Shown here piece after piece: positions 44,596 to 52,448 of a DNA stretch of 64,000 bases (position 1 is its first letter; the number at the start of each line of letters is the position of its first letter). The translations under genes and the position numbers were made by a program. The notes below the pieces were generated by a model. It did no database searches and was not told where the DNA came from. It saw nothing but the letters and a program-made list of their open reading frames with translations. The stretch lies in the IMG/VR virus record IMGVR_UViG_3300021403_000005. The stretch is one strand, 5' to 3'. Source of the stretch: a virus.

Positions 44596-46631
44596 AGGTC
44601 TTAGCGATTGCGCAGGCTCGGATGGGTTCAACGCGCGTGCCCGGCAAGGTTATGCGGAGGATGGGAGAGTATAACCTTCCAGTCTTACATTGGGTGTACG
44701 ACGCCCTTATCCAAGCTGAAGGCATCGACCAAGCCGTTATAGCTACCTCTACTTTGTCAGAGGATAATATTATTGCGGGGTACTGTAGAGATACCGCGAT
44801 TCCATTCTTTCGTGGCAGTGCGCTGGATGTGCTGGACCGATTCTATCAATGTGCGCTTCGTTATGATGCTGATATAGTCTTGAGATTAACCTGCGACTGC
44901 CCATTCCTTGACCCTCAAGTTATTGGCGAAGTCATCAAGCTTAGGAACATAACCAATGCCGATTACACCTCAAACATTGATCCCCCAAGCTACCCCGATG
45001 GACTCGATGTTGAATGCTTCACCTTCAAGGCTTTGGAAGCCGCTTGGGAAGAAGCGACTCGACCAACAGACCGAGATTGCGTTACTCAGTTTATCGTTCG
45101 TAATCGCCATCGCTTTAGCGCTGCTAATCTACGGTGTCCTCTGCCTGGGCTAGATAAGGAGCGCTGGGTTCTCGATACCGAAGCTGACTGGAACTTCTGC
45201 AAAGCAGTAGCGGAGCATATCCGCTGTGGTGGTCAACCCTATCTTAAAATACTCAACATCCTCGATGAACATCCCGAGATTCGTAAACTCAACCCAGGAA
45301 TCCGCAATGAGCGATTCTTTGAAGCAATCAACACAGAGCGATTACCCCCACGAACATTTGAGCGGACTGCGGGAGTATTCAAGCGAGCCATCAAGACTAT
45401 ACCATTTGGGGCGCAGACATTCTCGAAGTCTCACCTTCAGTTTCCGCGCGATCATAGTCCTCTTTATTGCAGCCATGCTGATGGGGCTAGGCTCTTTGAT
45501 GTTGACGGAAACGATTACGTTGACTTGGTTAACGCTGTGCTGCCTGTTGTACTTGGCTACCGTGATCCTGATGTGGATGACGCAATTCGACTGCAACTGG
45601 ACCGAGGAATTTCCTTCAGTCTCGCGACTGAGCTTGAAGCGGAGCTATCGGAAACCCTCTGCCGACTTATACCGTGCGCACAAGCGGTCAAACTCGGCAA
45701 ATCAGGAACGGACGTTACCACTGCTGCCATTCGTCTAGCGCGAGCCTATACAGGCAAGAGCCACGTTCTGTTGTCCGGCTATCATGGCTGGGCAGATTGG
45801 TCTATGGCGGCGAGTCAGCGCGACGCTGGGATTCCGTTGGCCACCAAGCTTCTATCACACAAATTCGAGTACGGTAACTACAACGACGAAGAACTGAATC
45901 GCTGGATTGGCGATGCCGCTGCGATCATTGTCGAACCGGACAGCAATCCAGAATACCTAAAGTTCCTGCGTGAAGCCTGCGACGAACACAATGTCGTTCT
46001 GATCTTCGATGAAATCATTACCGGCTTCCGTTATCACATCGGTGGCGCCCAAGCGTACTGGAACGTAACACCAGATTTAGCCACCTTCGGCAAGGCGATG
46101 GCTAATGGGATGCCGATTTCGGCCCTCGTCGGCAAGCGTGACATAATGGCTCGCATGTCACCACCGAACAACATCTTCTATTCCGGCACGATGTTCGGTG
46201 AAACCCTCTCTATTTCTGCCGCAATAGCTACAATCAAGAAAATGGAAAAAGAGGATGTTATTGGCTACCTCTATCACGTTGGGGCAGAGATTCATTCTGA
46301 AGTTGCCCCAAGCATTGCTTTCCATGGCCTTCAAGACGTTATCAAACTAGACGGCCACTGGACACGCAAAATCATCAATATCCACGACCACAGGAACGCC
46401 ACTAAGGAAGAAATCAAGGCTCTGTTCATGCAGGAGATGATCCAGGGGGGCGTGCTAGTCATTGCCTCGCACAATGTCTCCTACGCTATTAAACAGAACG
46501 AGGTTAAGCGCATCCTCACTGCTTACAATCGAGCTTTGACCACGATCAATCAGGCTTTGGAGAACAACAACATCTCCGACTACATAGATGCTCCGCTCAT
46601 CGGTGTGGCGCCGCTGCGGACCACAGCATGA
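44592..46631 (+). CDS. SpsF/PseF-like cytidylyltransferase fused to a class III (GSA-aminomutase-like) PLP aminotransferase
   Basis: N-terminal QARMGSTRVPGKV, FRGS.LDVLDRFY, RLTCDCPFLDP, LDTEADW; C-terminal DVDGNDYVD, LIFDEIITGFR, ATFGKAMANG.PISA. Confidence 0.9.
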   Translation: MKVLAIAQARMGSTRVPGKVMRRMGEYNLPVLHWVYDALIQAEGIDQAVIATSTLSEDNIIAGYCRDTAIPFFRGSALDVLDRFYQCALRYDADIVLRLTCDCPFLDPQVIGEVIKLRNITNADYTSNIDPPSYPDGLDVECFTFKALEAAWEEATRPTDRDCVTQFIVRNRHRFSAANLRCPLPGLDKERWVLDTEADWNFCKAVAEHIRCGGQPYLKILNILDEHPEIRKLNPGIRNERFFEAINTERLPPRTFERTAGVFKRAIKTIPFGAQTFSKSHLQFPRDHSPLYCSHADGARLFDVDGNDYVDLVNAVLPVVLGYRDPDVDDAIRLQLDRGISFSLATELEAELSETLCRLIPCAQAVKLGKSGTDVTTAAIRLARAYTGKSHVLLSGYHGWADWSMAASQRDAGIPLATKLLSHKFEYGNYNDEELNRWIGDAAAIIVEPDSNPEYLKFLREACDEHNVVLIFDEIITGFRYHIGGAQAYWNVTPDLATFGKAMANGMPISALVGKRDIMARMSPPNNIFYSGTMFGETLSISAAIATIKKMEKEDVIGYLYHVGAEIHSEVAPSIAFHGLQDVIKLDGHWTRKIINIHDHRNATKEEIKALFMQEMIQGGVLVIASHNVSYAIKQNEVKRILTAYNRALTTINQALENNNISDYIDAPLIGVAPLRTTA

Positions 46632-47569
46632 AGAAAGTCTTAATTTCGGGTGGCACAGGTTCGTTTGGCAATGCGTTCGCACGACGCATTATAGCCCATA
46701 ACCCTGAGCGCGTGGTGATCTATTCGCGCGATGAGCAGAAGCAGGAAGAAATGGCACGGCGATTCCCGCAGCGATTCTTTCGATTCTTCCTAGGAGATGT
46801 GCGCGACCAGGACCGCCTCGAATACGCTATGCACGACATTGATACGGTTATCCATGCAGCAGCACTAAAGATTGTGCCTGCTTTGGAGTATAACCCCACC
46901 GAATGTGTTGCGACCAATATCGGTGGTGCCCAGAATGTCGTTAGAGCCGCCATCAACAGCGGAGTTAAACGAGTCATCGCCCTGTCCACGGATAAGGCGG
47001 TCCACCCGATCAACCTTTACGGGGCATCGAAGCTGGCGGCGGAGAAAATCTTCATTGCCGCCAATGCTCTCGCTGCGGGCGCAACTGCTTTCAGCGTTGT
47101 ACGTTACGGTAATGTCGTGGGTAGCCGTGGGAGCGTTGTTCCTTATTTTAAGTCTCTTGCCGCCGCCGGGAAGCCACTGACAGTTACCGATACGCGCATG
47201 ACGCGGTTCTGGATCACGCTGGATCAAGCGGTCGATCTGGTCCGGCTTGCTCACACCAAGATGACCGGGCGAGAGATTTACATCCCGAAGATTCCGTCCG
47301 TAAAGATCATGGACTTGGCGCTGGCCATATCTCCGGCATGGGAAGTCACCGGCATCAGGCCAGGAGAGAAGCTGCATGAGTGTCTCCTGACCAGGGATGA
47401 GGCGCGCGATACGCTCGATATGGGCGATTACTACATTATCACCCATCCTGGATGGCAAGGTCAGATCGGCTCTGGAATCCCAGTCACGCCTGACTTTACC
47501 TACACCTCTGACACCAATCATCAATGGCTCAGTATAGAACAACTCAAGGAATCGCTCAATGAAGCCTGA
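46628..47569 (+). CDS. pseB: UDP-GlcNAc 4,6-dehydratase (inverting), PseB
   Basis: GGTGSFG, YSRDEQKQ, GDVRD, HAAALKIVP..EYNP.E, LSTDKAVHPINLYGASK, VRYGNVVGSRGSVVP, TRFWITL, GIRPGEKLHE. Confidence 0.92.
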   Translation: MKKVLISGGTGSFGNAFARRIIAHNPERVVIYSRDEQKQEEMARRFPQRFFRFFLGDVRDQDRLEYAMHDIDTVIHAAALKIVPALEYNPTECVATNIGGAQNVVRAAINSGVKRVIALSTDKAVHPINLYGASKLAAEKIFIAANALAAGATAFSVVRYGNVVGSRGSVVPYFKSLAAAGKPLTVTDTRMTRFWITLDQAVDLVRLAHTKMTGREIYIPKIPSVKIMDLALAISPAWEVTGIRPGEKLHECLLTRDEARDTLDMGDYYIITHPGWQGQIGSGIPVTPDFTYTSDTNHQWLSIEQLKESLNEA

Positions 47570-47738
47570 GAACATCATAAACGAAATCACTCAGGTTCGA
47601 TCACGCAATAATTTTCTCTGGATGAGTCTCCTTACATTAGCCATGAAGGCCAAGCCTAAAGAAGCCAAGAAAATCTTACAGGCTATCAACGAAAACGATA
47701 AGGAGATTTCCGGGTGGCTAGAAAAGCTCCAACACTAA
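47559..47738 (+). CDS. Unlisted 59-aa helical protein between pseB and pseC
   Basis: Hand translation: MKPENIINEITQVRSRNNFLWMSLLTLAMKAKPKEAKKILQAINENDKEISGWLEKLQH; AAGGA RBS; overlaps both neighbours. Confidence 0.65.
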   Translation: MKPENIINEITQVRSRNNFLWMSLLTLAMKAKPKEAKKILQAINENDKEISGWLEKLQH

Positions 47739-48829
47739 AGCGGCTACCTAAATTCTTCACGGTAGGATCACAGGAGAGAAGGAATGTGCAACGCGCGCTT
47801 GGGCGGCAGCTATCTGGCTATGTTGGCGGTATCCATAATGCTGGTTACTGGGTTGACCGCCTCTCCGTCGAGTGGACCAACACGTTTCGATGCCGATACG
47901 CTATACCCTGCAATTCAGCTACCTCGGGTTTGTTGGCTTGTTGCATGGCAGCTTCTATTGGCCCCGGAGATGAAGTTTGGGCATCCTCGTACACTATGTC
48001 CGCGTCTGGGGCCTGTGCCAAAGTATTGGGTGCCAGTGTTAAATTCATCGACATAGACTTGGTACGCTATTCTCTCAATAGCCCTACCTCTTGGACAACA
48101 AAGCCAAAAGCGATCATCGTTACCAACCTATTCGGGCACCCCGCCTACTTAGCGCAGATACGCAGAACATGCGACGATAATGGCATCGTCATGATCGAGG
48201 ATAACGCTCAATCACCCTTCGCAATGGAGAACGGTAAATATGCAGGGACCATCGGACACTACGGCGTCTTTAGCTTCAACGTCCACAAGCACATCCAATC
48301 TGGAGAGGGAGGAGTGGTTACGACAAACGATGCAGAAAGTGCTGAGAGAGTTAGAAACGCAGTTAATCATGGAGAACTGGCTGCCAAAAACCCCTCCATC
48401 GGACTCAACCTGCGAATGACGGAGCCAATAGCTGCGATTGCCTCGGCGCAGCTACATAGGGCGCACGACATTATCGAGAATCGGCGCCATCTGGCAGATG
48501 AACTTACCGACGCTGCGAATCAATCGGCCTACCTGATTCCTCCGGTGGAATCGAAGGGCTGCAAGCATGTCTATTACATTTGGGCGTGCAGGGTATTGGA
48601 TGGCAAGCGGGAAGCGTTCGTGACCTTTCTCAACAAGCACTGCTTTCCGGTACGTGCTGGCTATTCCATACCTTTGCATAGGTTATTCAAAACCAACGAT
48701 CAGTGTCCACTGACCGAACGCATGGAGGACAGGGAACTGGTCAGCTTCGAGATTTGCATGTGGCGCCCGAATACCAGCGAAGTATCCAAGATGAAGCGCA
48801 TCATCAAGATAGCAGGAGAAAGCCTATGA
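47714..48829 (+). CDS. pseC: DegT/DnrJ/EryC1/StrS sugar aminotransferase (PseC role)
   Basis: CNSATSGL, IEDNAQSP, FSFNVHKHIQSGEGGVV (PLP Lys), GLNLRMTEPIAA, HVYY. Confidence 0.85.
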   Translation: MARKAPTLKRLPKFFTVGSQERRNVQRALGRQLSGYVGGIHNAGYWVDRLSVEWTNTFRCRYAIPCNSATSGLLACCMAASIGPGDEVWASSYTMSASGACAKVLGASVKFIDIDLVRYSLNSPTSWTTKPKAIIVTNLFGHPAYLAQIRRTCDDNGIVMIEDNAQSPFAMENGKYAGTIGHYGVFSFNVHKHIQSGEGGVVTTNDAESAERVRNAVNHGELAAKNPSIGLNLRMTEPIAAIASAQLHRAHDIIENRRHLADELTDAANQSAYLIPPVESKGCKHVYYIWACRVLDGKREAFVTFLNKHCFPVRAGYSIPLHRLFKTNDQCPLTERMEDRELVSFEICMWRPNTSEVSKMKRIIKIAGESL

Positions 48830-49215
48830 GTGCCATTAAGCAAAGATTCGTAACCTCAGCCCTTCCCGGCTTCTGCGTTGCAGAATTTATCCCCGGAGAC
48901 GCTGAAAGAGGGCCAGAAATATTCCTAGAACCTATTGTTACATGGGTAACGGAAATCGAAGAAACTGAAAAGTATGCCACAAGTAAAGATTATTTCCTGA
49001 TGGCAACTTATCCGGTCTGCTACGGGATGCTCACTGATAGCACGGTATCTTATGTAATATATAGCCCAGATGGCAAATACTGCTTTTCTGGGGATTGTAC
49101 TGTTAATTCTAAAGAAGAAGCCATCCTAGTCTTTATAGAGAGAGAAAAGATAAAACAGGAAATACAGCAACGGCTGCGAGATAAGCAATTGTTGAAAGGA
49201 TATAAGAAATCATGA
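48826..49215 (+). CDS. AT-rich hypothetical protein
   Basis: AGGAG RBS and ATGA overlap with the pseC stop. Confidence 0.6.
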   Translation: MSAIKQRFVTSALPGFCVAEFIPGDAERGPEIFLEPIVTWVTEIEETEKYATSKDYFLMATYPVCYGMLTDSTVSYVIYSPDGKYCFSGDCTVNSKEEAILVFIEREKIKQEIQQRLRDKQLLKGYKKS

Positions 49216-49544
49216 AAATCGCAATAAAAAAACGCAACCAAAGGATCAAGCCCGCACAAAAGAAGGCAAGCGACGACAAGGTTGCCAAGTACATTGTTAA
49301 GCTTCTAAGTAGAATCGAAAGTCTTGAAAAGGAATTAGGGCAATGCAAAGAGCAGCTTAATCAAAACTGGTATCACCGAGAGAAAAGAGAACAGCGGTTA
49401 GCAAAACTTTTGACTCCAGACCAAAAAGAAGCTGCCAGAATATCTGGCATTTCTCAGTATGAATATGCCGTGCGGTTTATGGAAATTCAATACGCCAAGA
49501 CTGCCACCAATATATTAACGGGTAATCTTGATGATGATCGCTAA
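49212..49544 (+). CDS. Coiled-coil hypothetical protein
   Basis: ATGA overlap; LTPDQKEAARISGISQYEYA resembles the C-terminus of the scaffold protein. Confidence 0.6.
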   Translation: MKIAIKKRNQRIKPAQKKASDDKVAKYIVKLLSRIESLEKELGQCKEQLNQNWYHREKREQRLAKLLTPDQKEAARISGISQYEYAVRFMEIQYAKTATNILTGNLDDDR

Positions 49545-50535
49545 GACCGAGATCGCTCAGTGTGCCTTCCCTTATATTGTTTGTGAAATATCAGGCAATC
49601 ACGGTGGTAGCCTAGAACGCGCCAAACAGCTTATCAAAGAAGCCAAGAAAGCTGGAGCGGCTGCGGTCAAGACGCAATGCTACAACGCTGATACATTGAC
49701 GTTGAACTGCAACAAGCTGGACTTCATCGTACAGGGCGGTCTATGGCAGGGCAAGACGCTATACGAACTTTATCAATCCGCTTGTACTCCACCGGAATGG
49801 CACAAGGAGCTATACAGTGTCGCCCATGACGAAGGCATTACGATCTTTTCTTCGGTGTTCGACCGCAGTGGGATCGACCTACTCCAATCTCTCGGCTGTC
49901 CGGCATATAAGATTGCGAGCTTTGAAGTGGCCGACCTACATCTTATCGAGTACGCAGCTAAGACAGATAAACCAATCATCATCTCGACGGGCCTCGCCAA
50001 CAACCAAGAAATAAGAGAAGCGCGCGAGGCGGCTGGTCCCAACTCCGCGTTCCTGCATTGCACCAGCGAGTATCCAGCCGATACCGACAATGCCGATATG
50101 TGGCGCGTCCATAGGATATACGAACTGCTCCACAAAGAGTGCCCTGTAGGGCTGTCCGATCATAGCAGCGGGCATCTGTTGCCGATCATGGCGACCGCGA
50201 TGGGGGCGGCGATCATTGAGAAGCACCTCAAACTGCGATTGGCGCCCCCAAGCGAGGACGATGCGTTTAGCCTGACACCGGCCGAGTTTGCGGGCATGGT
50301 CACGGCCGTCAAGCAAGCCTGGAGCGCGGGGCTGGAGCATGAGCAGCCTGCGAATCCATCACGGCAATTCCGCAGAAGCCTTTATGTTATCGAGGACATA
50401 CGAGAAGGCGAGCAGTTCACCGAACTGAACATACGCTCGATCCGGCCGGGCTTTGGAATGCCGCCGAAGAACTATTCCAAGATGCTGGGGAAAAGAGCCA
50501 AAAAAGATTATAAGCGCGGCGACCCCTTATGGTAG
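49531..50535 (+). CDS. pseI: NeuB-family nonulosonate synthase with SAF domain, PseI
   Basis: EISGNHGGS, VKTQCY..DT, LYELY, IFSSVFD, YKIASFE, IIISTG, LHCTSEYP, VGLSDHS, IIEKH, FRRSLY, RSIRPGFG. Confidence 0.9.
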   Translation: MMIAKTEIAQCAFPYIVCEISGNHGGSLERAKQLIKEAKKAGAAAVKTQCYNADTLTLNCNKLDFIVQGGLWQGKTLYELYQSACTPPEWHKELYSVAHDEGITIFSSVFDRSGIDLLQSLGCPAYKIASFEVADLHLIEYAAKTDKPIIISTGLANNQEIREAREAAGPNSAFLHCTSEYPADTDNADMWRVHRIYELLHKECPVGLSDHSSGHLLPIMATAMGAAIIEKHLKLRLAPPSEDDAFSLTPAEFAGMVTAVKQAWSAGLEHEQPANPSRQFRRSLYVIEDIREGEQFTELNIRSIRPGFGMPPKNYSKMLGKRAKKDYKRGDPLW

Positions 50536-50542
50536 GGAAGCA

Positions 50543-50638
50543 CGTGGGCGAGTGAAACGGATACCCGGTCAGTGACCGGGGGATCATTTCAGTCTCATAA
50601 ACTGAAGATAGTGGGTTCGACTCCCATGCCCGCAACCA
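50543..50638 (+). tRNA. tRNA with CAT anticodon (Met or Ile2), encoded CCA, and a 17-nt hairpin inserted in the D-loop
   Basis: Acceptor CGTGGGC/GCCCGCA, discriminator A, CCA; D-stem GTGA/TCAT; anticodon arm TCAGT-CTCATAA-ACTGA; T-arm GTGGG-TTCGACT-CCCAT; 96 nt total. Confidence 0.8.
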
Positions 50639-50656
50639 ACCATCAGGAGCTACAGC

Positions 50657-50923
50657 ATGAGTTACCAAGGCCAGACAGCAGAGAGAAATCCTACGCCTGC
50701 CAGCCTTACAGAAGGCGGTGTGAACATGAACTCTCGCCTTCGCGAGATTCGTGATCGCATTAGCAAGATTGCCGATAACATCCACGGAATGAGCCTCAAA
50801 GCTGCCGGTGAGGGAAAAGCAGAAGCGCCACCGACAAATAGCTTACGTCGCAATCTCGATGTAGGATTCAACTACATCGACCAGATTGAAGCTGAACTCC
50901 ATCGGCTTGAACTCAACCTCTAA
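50657..50923 (+). CDS. Small hypothetical protein
   Basis: AGGAG RBS before ATG 50657 (an alternative start at 50726 is possible). Confidence 0.5.
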   Translation: MSYQGQTAERNPTPASLTEGGVNMNSRLREIRDRISKIADNIHGMSLKAAGEGKAEAPPTNSLRRNLDVGFNYIDQIEAELHRLELNL

Positions 50924-50941
50924 AAGCGATACAATCTTTCT

Positions 50942-51062
50942 GCCTGAGGGGTCCGCCATCCCAAGCCCCGAGGGTTTTTCTCCGTGTTGTACTGACCCCC
51001 GCCGAATCTTAAGGCCGTTTCTCCCGGCCTGCCCTCCCCCGGCGGGGGTCGCCTTTTCAGGC
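50942..51062 (+). other. GC-rich nested stem-loop (terminator or structured RNA) ending the sugar operon
   Basis: gcctga/tcaggc encloses gacccccgccg/cggcgggggtc (11 bp), which encloses aggccg/cggcct. Confidence 0.5.
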
Positions 51063-51131
51063 TTGACTTCCCCACATAGCAATAATAGATAATTCCTACT
51101 TGGGAATACACCCAATACAAAGGAATATCTT

Positions 51132-51908
51132 ATGGCTAAGGCCAAAAACGGACGAACACTGGTTACCTTCCTTCTGGATCGCACTGGTTCAATGGAATCG
51201 GTCAAGAAGGCTACGATTGAAGGTTTCAACGGCTATGTTGAAACGCTTCAGAAAGAGAAAGCAGCCGATATCGAGTTCACGCTCATTACCTTCGACACCC
51301 AGAGCATGGACAAGATTTGCGTCTGCAAGCCAATCAAAGGCGCTCCGAAGCTGGACGAGAAGAACTATCAGCCTCGTTCAGGCACCAACTTGATCGACTG
51401 TGCCTACGACACCATCAAGGCGGTTGAAGGCCAGGAGAAGGCCAAGGGCGCCAAGATTGTGATCTGCTTCCAGACCGATGGTGAGGAGAATTCCTCGCAC
51501 AAGCATACATCTGAGGAGCTTAAGACCCTGATCGAGGAAAAGACCAAGCTGGGTTGGCAGTTCAACTTCATGGGCTGCGGAATCGACGCCTATGCTCAAT
51601 CGGCTCGGATGGGAATGACCTACGCCCAGACCACATCCTATAGCCCGGATGCAGCATCGACAGATGCTTCCTTCCGTGCCAACGCCATGAATACCTCTCT
51701 TTATGCCGCAGGAGCCAGAGACAATACCTCCTATACCAACGTGCAAAGAGCGGCTTCTGGTGATAAGTTCTATCATTACCAGAATGGTCTTGTTGGCAAT
51801 TTTGGCCTTACCGGGACTCCCGTTAAAGGTCCAATTCCAACACAGGGGCCGCTAGACCTAAATGACGCCAGCAAGCCAAAAGATTCGTCTCTCGACCTCA
51901 ATGGCTAA
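51132..51908 (+). CDS. vWA-domain protein
   Basis: MIDAS residues LLDRTGSM, T.LIDC, QTDGEENSS; WQFNFMG. Confidence 0.88.
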   Translation: MAKAKNGRTLVTFLLDRTGSMESVKKATIEGFNGYVETLQKEKAADIEFTLITFDTQSMDKICVCKPIKGAPKLDEKNYQPRSGTNLIDCAYDTIKAVEGQEKAKGAKIVICFQTDGEENSSHKHTSEELKTLIEEKTKLGWQFNFMGCGIDAYAQSARMGMTYAQTTSYSPDAASTDASFRANAMNTSLYAAGARDNTSYTNVQRAASGDKFYHYQNGLVGNFGLTGTPVKGPIPTQGPLDLNDASKPKDSSLDLNG

Positions 51909-52152
51909 CCGTGCCTACAATACCAACTTCGGGACCTCGGTGAGCAACGCGCTTGCCGAGGCCCGGCTTACCCAATCCGAGGTAGCAACCAGTGCCAGAA
52001 TCTCGCAACCGTACTTCAATCAAATGCTTACAGGACTTAAAAAGCCATCTCCCGAGTGGGTGGACATTATCGCCTCAACGCTCAACTTTTCCAAGGAAAA
52101 GCGCCGAGAACTCCATGTCGCGGCGGCCAAGGATTATGGATTCAAGCTATGA
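51901..52152 (+). CDS. XRE-family HTH regulator
   Basis: LTQSEVATSARISQPYFNQMLTGLKKPS. Confidence 0.85.
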   Translation: MANRAYNTNFGTSVSNALAEARLTQSEVATSARISQPYFNQMLTGLKKPSPEWVDIIASTLNFSKEKRRELHVAAAKDYGFKL

Positions 52153-52448
52153 CTAAACGCATTATGTTTATCCTATTGATTGTTATCTTGTCTTATACGA
52201 TTGGGCCAATTCTGATTGGCCTTATAGGTGCAATAATTGCTACAATAGGTTCGTGTCAGGTGGATGAGGGTAGCGTTCACCCATGTATTCTGTTGGGTAT
52301 GAACTTAGGCGGTTTGCTATACAGGGTGGGATTAATGCCATGGCTGGCGCTCATAACGATTCCTACCGGCGAAATAGCACTCGGGGTATGGGGCATCATG
52401 GCTAGCCTTATTTGGATTGTAACATGGAAGAAAAAGCAAACAAACTAG
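52149..52448 (+). CDS. AT-rich membrane protein with a periplasmic Cys pair
   Basis: TM - GSCQVDEGSVHPC - TM; ATGA overlap. Confidence 0.65.
   Translation: MTKRIMFILLIVILSYTIGPILIGLIGAIIATIGSCQVDEGSVHPCILLGMNLGGLLYRVGLMPWLALITIPTGEIALGVWGIMASLIWIVTWKKKQTN

Noticed and set aside
45330-46631. hemL (glutamate-1-semialdehyde aminomutase) as a haem auxiliary gene
   Set aside because: The domain is fused to a cytidylyltransferase within a nonulosonate operon and no other tetrapyrrole genes are present.
46865-47590. 241-aa antisense ORF over pseB
   Set aside because: An in-register shadow with no RBS or boundary fit; kept only as a control showing that long antisense ORFs can arise by codon bias.
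41000-51000. Sugar cluster as flanking host chromosome (prophage boundary)
   Set aside because: Phage genes lie on both sides (terL and terS) and inside it, and no integrase, att site or housekeeping gene is seen; misassembly cannot be fully excluded without reads.
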